Shown one piece after another: positions 56,473 through 64,000 of a stretch of DNA of 64,000 nt. The position numbers were made by a program, and so were the translations under genes. The first letter of the stretch is position 1, and every line of letters starts with the position of its first letter. The notes beneath the pieces were generated by a model. It made no database searches. It was not told the DNA's origin and was given only the letters and a program-made list of their open reading frames with translations. The stretch comes from a virus: IMG/VR virus record IMGVR_UViG_3300031963_000016, positions 32,001 through 96,000 of that record. One strand, 5' to 3'.

Positions 56473-56767
56473 CGGTGCAGCAGGTTCTGGAAATGCACCT
56501 GGTCAGGGTGGAACTGCTTCTGGAACTGGTGTAATTATTTTGGGTGGTCAAGGTGGTGCTCCAGGAGATTCAATGTCTCAGGGAACAATTTATTATGGAT
56601 ATGGAGGTGGAGAGGGTTATAGTGATTCCCAATCTAATCGTGGTGGAGGACTAGGTGGTGGTAATACAGGAACCAATGCTAAAGGAATTCTAGGATCAGG
56701 TGGTGGTCGAAATGCTGCAGGATCTGCAGGTTGTGTTATCGTAGAAGAAATCTATGGATTAAGTTAA
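56033..56767 (+). CDS. Mtd_N + glycine-rich adhesin-like protein, copy 3
   Basis: Paralogue of 54619-55299. Confidence 0.8.
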   Translation: MSKQVRFRRGTTAQHATFTGALGEVTVDTDKNVTVVHDGTLAGGYPSGREDRPRGWTRMEVFTTVGANTWTQTGKTDLRRVRVTAYGGGGGGSTSGSGGGGGAGGVGSVVLEVSSLTTNVTATVGAGGAAGAAGGTTSFGTYISATGGAAGSGNAPGQGGTASGTGVIILGGQGGAPGDSMSQGTIYYGYGGGEGYSDSQSNRGGGLGGGNTGTNAKGILGSGGGRNAAGSAGCVIVEEIYGLS

Positions 56768-56783
56768 TAGTAAGGAGAATAAA

Positions 56784-56999
56784 GTGTATAATATTGCTCA
56801 TATTAAAAATGGTGTTGTAGAAAATACTTGTGCTTGGGATACAGTTCCATCTTCTCAAGATTATGTTGGTGGATATGAATTAGTAAATATTACTGATAGT
56901 CCAGTTGGTATTGGTTGGGAATATGCAGAAGGTGTATTTACTGATCCAAATGATCTAACACGAGTGTGGACAGTTCCTGCTGAAACGCCAGCAGAGTAA
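56784..56999 (+). CDS. Small fibre-assembly-like protein
   Basis: A.IKNGVVEN...W...VGIGW.Y..G.F..P; AAGGAG SD, GTG start. Confidence 0.65.
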   Translation: MYNIAHIKNGVVENTCAWDTVPSSQDYVGGYELVNITDSPVGIGWEYAEGVFTDPNDLTRVWTVPAETPAE

Positions 57000-57017
57000 G
57001 TTTTGGTGAAATAAAAG

Positions 57018-57043
57018 AAAATCCCTCTTCGGAGGGATTTTTT
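57018..57043 (+). terminator. Intrinsic terminator with cUUCGg loop
   Basis: AAAATCCCTC-TTCG-GAGGGATTTTTT. Confidence 0.88.
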
Positions 57044-57061
57044 ATTTGCATTCTCGTATAT

Positions 57062-57069
57062 TATAAATA
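57062..57069 (+). promoter_or_regulatory. T4-type late promoter
   Basis: TATAAATA. Confidence 0.65.
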
Positions 57070-57094
57070 AGAAATGTAAATTAGGAATTCCATA

Positions 57095-57430
57095 ATGGCA
57101 ACCATCAGTAATCTTTATGTAGACGCTGGGGCTACTTACAGCAATATAATAACTGTAAGTGCAACTAATGGTCAAGCACTTAACTTGACTGGTTATACTG
57201 TTGCTTCTCAAATAAGAAAATCTTACAGTTCTAGCCAAGCGTTTAATTTTAATGCTTCAGTTTATGATGCTGCACTAGGAAAAATTCGCCTTCAACTTTC
57301 TCCAGGTCAATCAGAATCAATTCCTTCTGGAAGATGGCTTTATGATGTTGAAATTACATCTCCATCTGGCTCAAAAACTAGAGTTGTTGAGGGTATAGTA
57401 ACAGTAAACCCACAAATTACGCAGATATAA
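57095..57430 (+). CDS. Conserved virion protein (Ig/BppU-like beta sandwich)
   Basis: NLYVD.GA..LTGY...SQIRKSY..GR..YDV..RVVEG...V.P. Confidence 0.7.
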   Translation: MATISNLYVDAGATYSNIITVSATNGQALNLTGYTVASQIRKSYSSSQAFNFNASVYDAALGKIRLQLSPGQSESIPSGRWLYDVEITSPSGSKTRVVEGIVTVNPQITQI

Positions 57431-57431
57431 A

Positions 57432-57683
57432 ATGACAGATACAGTAGTAGTCGTTCAGCCAGATGAGTCGTTAAATGTGGCAGTATCAGAAGGTGTCATA
57501 ACATTAGCATCAACAAATCTATCTACACCAGCAGTAGTAGAATCTTTAGATTCTGTTGCAGATGTTGATACAATAACTAATGGAAAAATAAATGGTTCTG
57601 TTCTGGTCTATAGAACAACAACAAATAAATGGACTTCAACGACCATCTTGGATGCGCAAGATGTAACTGGTGGTCAATATTAA
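57432..57683 (+). CDS. Small virion protein
   Basis: L....DVD......NGSVLVY.....KW. Confidence 0.65.
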   Translation: MTDTVVVVQPDESLNVAVSEGVITLASTNLSTPAVVESLDSVADVDTITNGKINGSVLVYRTTTNKWTSTTILDAQDVTGGQY

Positions 57684-57697
57684 TCGGAGAATAAAAG

Positions 57698-60466
57698 ATG
57701 GCATCAATAATTAGAATTAAACGCTCTGGTACAGCTGGTAATCCATCAGTATTAGGTGCTGGTGAATTAGCATATTCTGCACAAACAGGTACACAAGCGA
57801 ATGGTGGTGATCGTTTATATATTGGTTTTGGTACAGAAACCGCAGGTGATGCAGCCAATCACTTTGTAATCGGTGGTAAATATTTCACCGATATGATGGA
57901 CCATGTACATGGTACATTGACAGCATCTTCTGTTCTAATCGCAGATGCTAATAGTAAATTAGATAATCTTAAAGTTGATAATCTTGATTTAAATGGTAAT
58001 ACAATTTCTTCTACTGATACTAATGGTAACATTGTATTAGATCCAAATGGTACTGGTTACGTTTCAATTGTTGGTACAAATGGTGTTGTTATCCCAGTTG
58101 GTACTACTGCACAACGTGGACCAACAGTACAAGGCACAATTCGTTATAATACGGATACTTCTGCATTTGAAGGATATTCTGGAACTCAATGGGGTTCATT
58201 AGGTGGTGTTAAATCTGTTGATGGTTTAACATACATTTCTGCAGAATTAAATCCAGGTGACTCTGATGACACAATTCGTGCATATACCAATGGAACATTA
58301 GCATTACAATTAGATACTGATTCTGCTCAATTTGAATCAAAATTAACAAATGTTAATATTGCTGCAACAACTACATCAACTAGCACTACCACAGGCGCAT
58401 TAACTGTTGCGGGTGGCGTTGGAATTGGTGGTGCTTTATTTGTTGGTGGAAATGTTACTGCAGCAAATATTACTGGTACAGGATTTAATCTTGGTAATAT
58501 TGGAATTACTGGTAATACTATTTCTTCTACAAATACCAATGGTGATATCAATATCACACCAAATGGTACTGGTAAGGTTGTTTTAACAAATCCATATGTT
58601 GGCGCAGATACTCTTGCTGAGTATATCTACGATACAGTCGGTGGCGCAGTTACTGGTGGTACTGGTATTACTGTTACAAATAGTGATGTTGGTAACACAT
58701 CTACAATTGCTATTGATAGCACAGTTGTTACACTAACTGGCACACAAACTCTTACAAATAAGACTTTAACTTCTCCAGTTATTGCTACAATTGTAAATAC
58801 TGGAACTTTAACACTACCAACATCTACAGATACTCTAGTTGGTCGTGCAACTACAGATACTCTTACAAATAAAACATTTGACACAGCTGGTACTGGTAAT
58901 GTCTTTAGAATTAATGCTAATCAGATTACCTCTTATGTTGGTTCTGGCGCAAATGTTGTTTTATCATCTTCTCCAACTATTACAAACCTATACACTACTG
59001 GTACAGGTATGTATTTTGGAGGTTCTACTTCTGGAACTACTCAGGTAATAGCACAGGCAACTGCTTCTGGTGTATTAACTTTACCTTCTGCAACAGATCA
59101 ACTGGTTGGTCGTGCAACTACTGATACTCTTACAAATAAATCTATCAGTGGTTCTACTAATACATTAACAAATATTCCAAATAATGCACTAACTAACAGT
59201 TCTGTAACTTTTGGTTCTACAACTGTTGCTCTTGGTGCTACTTCTACATCAATCGCTGGTGTTACTGAACTTACTGTTGATAATTTAAATTTCAATGGTA
59301 ATACGATTTCCTCTACGAATGCTAATGGTGATATTGTTATTAGTCCAAATGGGACTGGTAAAGTTGATGTTTCTGGTTCTATTATAACAGGATTAAATGA
59401 ACCTGTAAATGCAACTGATGCAGCGACTAAAAACTATGTTGATACTGTTGCTGAAGGATTGCATGTTCACGAGGCTGCAAGAGTAGCAACTACTGATACA
59501 CTTGCTACACTTTCTGGTGGTACAGTAACATATAATAACGGAACATCAGGTGTTGGTGCAACACTTACTCTTTCTGCTGGATTGACTGCGATTGATGGTG
59601 TAACATTAGCAAACGGCGATCGTATTCTTGTTAAGAATGAAAGTAATCAAGCACATAATGGTATGTATGTTCGTACCAGTTCTACTGTTCTTACTCGTGC
59701 TTCTGATTTTGATACTGCTGTTGAGATTGGTGGTGGTGACTTTACTTTCGTTGAACAAGGTACTACATATGCATCAACTGGTTGGGTTCAAACCTTTGAA
59801 GTATTGACTGTTGGTACAGATACTGTTATCTGGCAACAGTTTTCTGGTTCTGGTACATTTACAGCTGGCGATGGTTTAACTCTTTCTGGAACAACATTTA
59901 ATGTTGGTGGTACTGCAAATAGAATTACAGTAAATCCAGATAGCGTTGATATTGCATCAACATATGTTGGTCAAACTTCTATCACAACTCTTGGTACGAT
60001 CGCTACTGGTACTTGGCAGGGTACTGTAATTGGACCAACTTATGGTGGTACTGGTGTTAATAATGGTTCTAAGACTATCACTCTAGGTGGTAATTTTACA
60101 CATAGTGGTGCACATACTTTAACGCTAACTACTACTGCAAATACTAGCGTTACACTACCAACTACTGGAACTCTTGCAACTTTAGCTGGTACTGAAACAT
60201 TTACCAACAAAACTCTAACATCACCAACTATTTCTGGTGGTACAATTGATAATGCTTCAATTGGTGCTACAACTAGATCAAGTGGTGCGTTTACAACTCT
60301 AGCTGCAAATGGTGCTGTAACATTCACTGCAACAACTGCTTCTAGCAGTTCTACTACTGGAGCATTAGTTGTGTCTGGCGGTATTGGAGTTGGTGGTAAC
60401 ATTTATGGTGCTGGCGCAGCAACGTCTACATTAGATGGATTTACTATTGATGGTGGAACGTACTAA
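57698..60466 (+). CDS. Long tail fibre protein
   Basis: IIRIKRS....GELAYS; repeated T(D/Q)TLTNK and NTISSTN.NGDI...PNG.G.V; DAATK.YVD; GDRILVKN; ends IDGGTY. Confidence 0.85.
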   Translation: MASIIRIKRSGTAGNPSVLGAGELAYSAQTGTQANGGDRLYIGFGTETAGDAANHFVIGGKYFTDMMDHVHGTLTASSVLIADANSKLDNLKVDNLDLNGNTISSTDTNGNIVLDPNGTGYVSIVGTNGVVIPVGTTAQRGPTVQGTIRYNTDTSAFEGYSGTQWGSLGGVKSVDGLTYISAELNPGDSDDTIRAYTNGTLALQLDTDSAQFESKLTNVNIAATTTSTSTTTGALTVAGGVGIGGALFVGGNVTAANITGTGFNLGNIGITGNTISSTNTNGDINITPNGTGKVVLTNPYVGADTLAEYIYDTVGGAVTGGTGITVTNSDVGNTSTIAIDSTVVTLTGTQTLTNKTLTSPVIATIVNTGTLTLPTSTDTLVGRATTDTLTNKTFDTAGTGNVFRINANQITSYVGSGANVVLSSSPTITNLYTTGTGMYFGGSTSGTTQVIAQATASGVLTLPSATDQLVGRATTDTLTNKSISGSTNTLTNIPNNALTNSSVTFGSTTVALGATSTSIAGVTELTVDNLNFNGNTISSTNANGDIVISPNGTGKVDVSGSIITGLNEPVNATDAATKNYVDTVAEGLHVHEAARVATTDTLATLSGGTVTYNNGTSGVGATLTLSAGLTAIDGVTLANGDRILVKNESNQAHNGMYVRTSSTVLTRASDFDTAVEIGGGDFTFVEQGTTYASTGWVQTFEVLTVGTDTVIWQQFSGSGTFTAGDGLTLSGTTFNVGGTANRITVNPDSVDIASTYVGQTSITTLGTIATGTWQGTVIGPTYGGTGVNNGSKTITLGGNFTHSGAHTLTLTTTANTSVTLPTTGTLATLAGTETFTNKTLTSPTISGGTIDNASIGATTRSSGAFTTLAANGAVTFTATTASSSSTTGALVVSGGIGVGGNIYGAGAATSTLDGFTIDGGTY

Positions 60467-60473
60467 ATAACTT

Positions 60474-60495
60474 AGAGGAGATTTTTATCTCCTCT
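60474..60495 (+). other. Intergenic hairpin after CTAAATA late box (60463-60469)
   Basis: AGAGGAGAT-TTTT-ATCTCCTCT. Confidence 0.6.
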
Positions 60496-60546
60496 TCTTG
60501 GGGCTGTTTTTACAGCGCATCACCCTTCCTTTATTAAGGTATAGTA

Positions 60547-63500
60547 ATGGCAAATAAAGTTTTATTAAAACGATCAGCGACATCAGGAGCGGGAGGAATT
60601 CCCTCAACATCTGCGCTAGATTATGGTGAACTTGCTTTAAACTATGCCGATGGTAAACTTTATTATAAAACATCATCAAATACCATTAAAAGTTTTACAG
60701 AAGACAGTTCTGTAGTAACTTTAACTGGCACACAAACTCTTTCCAATAAAACCTTAACATCTCCTACTATTAATAGTGCTACAGCGAATAATCTAACGCT
60801 GACTGGTACTTTAACTGCTGGTGGTGGAACAGGCACAAACGGACAAGTTCTTTCTTCTACTGGAACAGGAGTTCAATGGATTTCTGTTTCTGGTACAGGA
60901 ACTGTAACTTCTATTACTGCTGGTACAGGACTTACTGGTGGAACAATTACTAGTTCTGGTACTATTGCTATTGATTCTACAGTTGCTACTTTAACTGGTA
61001 CACAAACATTAACTAATAAAACCATTAATCTAACTAGTAACACTCTGGTAGCAACTTCTGCGCAAATCGCTGCAGCAGTTACAGACGAAACTGGTTCAGG
61101 TTCTTTAGTATTTGCAACTAGTCCAACTCTTGTAACACCAAATATTGGTGCGGCAACTGGTACATCGTTAACAACAATTGGTGCATCTGGTGTCTTAGCA
61201 AGAACAGCAGCAACCCAAGACGGTATTGAAATTCGTGGTCGTGCTGGTGGAACAGGAAATTGGGAAGTTATTTTAACTCCAGGAACTTTAACTGCAGATA
61301 GAACATTCACATTCCCAGATGTTAGCACAACAGTAGTTGGTACAGATTCTACTCAAACCTTAACAAATAAAACTCTTTCCTCACCAACATTATCTGGCGT
61401 AACTACACTAGATGAAATACGTTATTCAAATTCTTTTACGCAAAGAATTAATAGACATTACTCGTTTGCTGCAAATACACAATATTTAAATACAAATGAG
61501 TATCAAAAAATATTCCAAGTAATCCCAGCTAGTAGTTCAAATAATTATTCCATTTATGGAAAAATTTATATTCAAACTGGTGATCTTACGCAGATTATTG
61601 ACATTCAATGTAATTTAAGATCTAATACTTTACCAAGTTTAGCTTGGGAAGTTTATTATGATGAAGATTTAAATGGTATGTCAACCCCATTTGTAAATCC
61701 AGTTTTATGGACTAAACAAACTACTACAGCTGGATTTATATTTGCCATTAAAGGATTAACTACTGGAATCCAAATGGCAACTGTAGATTTAATTGTAGTT
61801 AACAGAGCATCATCTTACTATAATACAGTTACACTATTTGGTTCTGAAGGTGAAGTTACAACTATTGATTCTGGTTATACTGAAAATAGTTTTACTTTAA
61901 GAAATAGAAGAATACAAAATACTTCTACAGATATAGCAGCAGGTTCTTTAACTGTTGGTGGTGTTGCTGTTCCAACTATTAGTAGTACTAGTACTTTAAC
62001 AAACAAAACATTTACTGACAGTACTACACTATTCCAAGACGAAACAGATAACTCTAAAAAATTACAGTTTCAATTATCTGGTATTGCTACTGCCACAACC
62101 AGAACATTAACTATTCCTAATGCATCTGGAACAATTGCATTAACTAGTGATATACCTGCAGACACAAATACTACATATAGTATTTCTGCAGAAACAACTA
62201 CTGGTGGTGCTGATTTAAGACTTACAGGATCAGATTCTACAACAGATAATGTTAAAATTGCTGGTGGAACAAATGTAACAGTTACTAGAACAGACGCTAA
62301 TACTATTACAATTTCTGCCGATGATACTTCTGTTGACTGGTCTGAGATACAAAATAAACCTGATCCAGTTATTACTTTAGCTGGTGATTTGACTGGTTCT
62401 GTAACTCTAACAGATTTAACTAGTGGTACATTAACTGCTACAATTGCTGCAAATTCTGTAGCTCTTGGTACAGATACTACTGGAAATTATGTAGGATCTA
62501 TTGCAGATGGTTCACCAGGAGCACAAACTGGTACATCTGGTCTTACAATAAGTGCTGTAGCAGGAGAGAACACCTCTGCTACGATTGCTCATGCTGACAC
62601 ATCTTCTGTTAGCAATTTAAGTTCAGATAATTCAAATGGTATTGTACTACAAGACATATCATTTACATTTGATGGATTTGGCCACGTAACTGCTGCTTCT
62701 GTAATAACTACAGATCTTGATAGTCGTTATGTAAATACTTCTGGTGATACCATGACAGGGTTCTTAACTCTTCATGCTGATCCAAGCAGTTCACTTCATG
62801 CAGCAACTAAACAGTATGTTGATAATGTTGCACAAGGTTTACATACACATGCTCCTTGTGCTGCTGCAACAACAGCAACTCTAACATCAATTACTGGTGG
62901 CACGATAACTTATTCTAATGGTACTGCTGGTGTCGGAGCGACATTAACAGTTTCAGGTGGAACCTTTGGAACTATTGATGGTGTTAATATTGCAACTGTT
63001 GGAACTCGTATTCTTGTTAAAAACGAAGCAGCCGCAGCAAACAATGGTATCTATACCTATACAAATTCAACAACATTAACACGTGCAACAGATTTTGACA
63101 CACCAACAGAGATGGCTGGTGGTGATTTTACTTTTGTACAGCAAGGTACATTATATAACGATACTGGCTGGGTGATGTCTGATCCTGTTACAACTGTTGG
63201 TACAACAGCTGTAAATTTTGTACAGTTTTCTGGTGCTGGCACTTATACCGCTGGGAGTGGTTTAACATTAAATGGAACAGAGTTTAGTCATACGGATACA
63301 TCTTCTGTTGCATCTTTAACTGCAAGTTCAAGAACTTATGTTTCTGGTTTAACATTTGATACATTTGGTCACGTAACAGGAATCACAACTAATACAGAAA
63401 CAGTAACAGATACTAACACAACTTATACATTAGATGGTTCTGGAACAACAAATTCTGTTAACATTGAATTAGTAGCTGGTGGTTCTGGTTCAGGAACGGA

Positions 63501-63999
63501 CACTATAAACGTAATAGGATCTGGTGCTACTACTGTTTCTTGGGATGAGGGTAATCAAAGAATTACGATCTCATCTACAGATACGAATACAACTTATTCT
63601 GCAGCAACATCAACTACACTAGGTTTAATAGAATTATTCTCTGACACGCAACAATCTGTAGCTGCTAATGCAGTAAGTGCTACTGCTTCAAGAACATATG
63701 GTCTTCAGATTAATGCTAGTGGTCAAGGTGTTATTAACGTACCTTGGACAGATACAACTTATTCTGCTGCAACTAGCACTACATTAGGACTTATCGAATT
63801 ATTCTCTGACACGCAACAATCTGTAGCTGCTAACTCTGTTACATCTACAGCAAGTCGAACTTATGGATTACAAGTAAATGCTGCTGGTCAAGGTGTTATT
63901 AACGTACCTTGGACAGATACAACTTATTCTCTTGCAACTAGCACTGTTCCAGGTTTAGTAGAACTTGGTTCTGATACTGTACAAACTGTGGCAGCAAAT
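60547..63999 (+). CDS. Long tail fibre protein, 3' partial (absent from ORF track because it has no stop in the window)
   Basis: MANKVLLKRS..GELALNYADGKLYYK; TLTGTQTLTNKT repeats; HAATKQYVD. Confidence 0.85.
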   Translation, partial: MANKVLLKRSATSGAGGIPSTSALDYGELALNYADGKLYYKTSSNTIKSFTEDSSVVTLTGTQTLSNKTLTSPTINSATANNLTLTGTLTAGGGTGTNGQVLSSTGTGVQWISVSGTGTVTSITAGTGLTGGTITSSGTIAIDSTVATLTGTQTLTNKTINLTSNTLVATSAQIAAAVTDETGSGSLVFATSPTLVTPNIGAATGTSLTTIGASGVLARTAATQDGIEIRGRAGGTGNWEVILTPGTLTADRTFTFPDVSTTVVGTDSTQTLTNKTLSSPTLSGVTTLDEIRYSNSFTQRINRHYSFAANTQYLNTNEYQKIFQVIPASSSNNYSIYGKIYIQTGDLTQIIDIQCNLRSNTLPSLAWEVYYDEDLNGMSTPFVNPVLWTKQTTTAGFIFAIKGLTTGIQMATVDLIVVNRASSYYNTVTLFGSEGEVTTIDSGYTENSFTLRNRRIQNTSTDIAAGSLTVGGVAVPTISSTSTLTNKTFTDSTTLFQDETDNSKKLQFQLSGIATATTRTLTIPNASGTIALTSDIPADTNTTYSISAETTTGGADLRLTGSDSTTDNVKIAGGTNVTVTRTDANTITISADDTSVDWSEIQNKPDPVITLAGDLTGSVTLTDLTSGTLTATIAANSVALGTDTTGNYVGSIADGSPGAQTGTSGLTISAVAGENTSATIAHADTSSVSNLSSDNSNGIVLQDISFTFDGFGHVTAASVITTDLDSRYVNTSGDTMTGFLTLHADPSSSLHAATKQYVDNVAQGLHTHAPCAAATTATLTSITGGTITYSNGTAGVGATLTVSGGTFGTIDGVNIATVGTRILVKNEAAAANNGIYTYTNSTTLTRATDFDTPTEMAGGDFTFVQQGTLYNDTGWVMSDPVTTVGTTAVNFVQFSGAGTYTAGSGLTLNGTEFSHTDTSSVASLTASSRTYVSGLTFDTFGHVTGITTNTETVTDTNTTYTLDGSGTTNSVNIELVAGGSGSGTDTINVIGSGATTVSWDEGNQRITISSTDTNTTYSAATSTTLGLIELFSDTQQSVAANAVSATASRTYGLQINASGQGVINVPWTDTTYSAATSTTLGLIELFSDTQQSVAANSVTSTASRTYGLQVNAAGQGVINVPWTDTTYSLATSTVPGLVELGSDTVQTVAAN

Positions 64000-64000
64000 G
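63589..64000 (+). repeat. 165-nt (55-aa) tandem repeat, two full copies plus a partial third
   Basis: ACAACTTATTCT at 63589, 63754, 63919; TTYSAATSTTLGLIELFSDTQQSVAAN...GQGVINVPWTD. Confidence 0.9.

Noticed and set aside
54619-56767. Diversity-generating retroelement suggested by Mtd-like N-termini
   Set aside because: Only the Mtd N-terminal pattern is present; no reverse transcriptase, no C-type lectin variable region and no TR/VR pair differing only at adenines in this window
50839-63242. Long minus-strand ORFs over the tail-fibre genes (e.g. 50839-51792, 52501-53022, 60040-60402, 60873-61328)
   Set aside because: Stop-poor antisense frames of Thr/Gly/Ala-biased genes; no SD and no motifs
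1-64000. Stop-codon reassignment, introns or inteins
   Set aside because: Conserved genes translate full length in the standard code; long genes are explained by domain insertions; the HNH gene is free-standing

Overview
64 kb AT-rich segment of a large T4-like myovirus genome (standard genetic code; no host genes, CRISPR array or canonical tRNA seen). 1-23147 (+): end of a Gly-rich fibre gene, then an early/middle accessory region under sigma70-type promoters (small ORFs, AAA ATPase, HNH, metallophosphoesterase, MazG-like, HAD nucleotidase, 2OG-Fe(II) oxygenases, DenV-like, PhoH, GH19 lysin, exonuclease, methyltransferase, SleB, ClpP-like) ending in gp33-gp59-gp32. 23198-28350 (-): gp4, gp2, tail-tube-like, membrane protein, small terminase, gp26/gp51, tape-measure-like. 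28402-64000 (+): baseplate (gp48, gp53, hub, gp5, PAAR, gp25, gp6, gp7-like, gp8), DUF4815/VrlC-like protein and a long tail-fibre/adhesin array. Best findings: (1) a complete circularly permuted (two-piece) tmRNA gene at ~14969-15281, tag ANDEVYALAA, not visible in the ORF track; (2) a probable programmed -1 frameshift (T TTT TTT, GGAGG 10 nt upstream) joining gp26 to gp51 just before the tape-measure-like gene, resembling the lambda G/GT tail chaperone; (3) three tandem Mtd_N + Gly-rich paralogues sharing identical DNA blocks; (4) an orphan DUF2384-like antitoxin candidate. A betaproteobacterial host is inferred, not shown. All family calls come from motif recognition by eye; no database searches were run.
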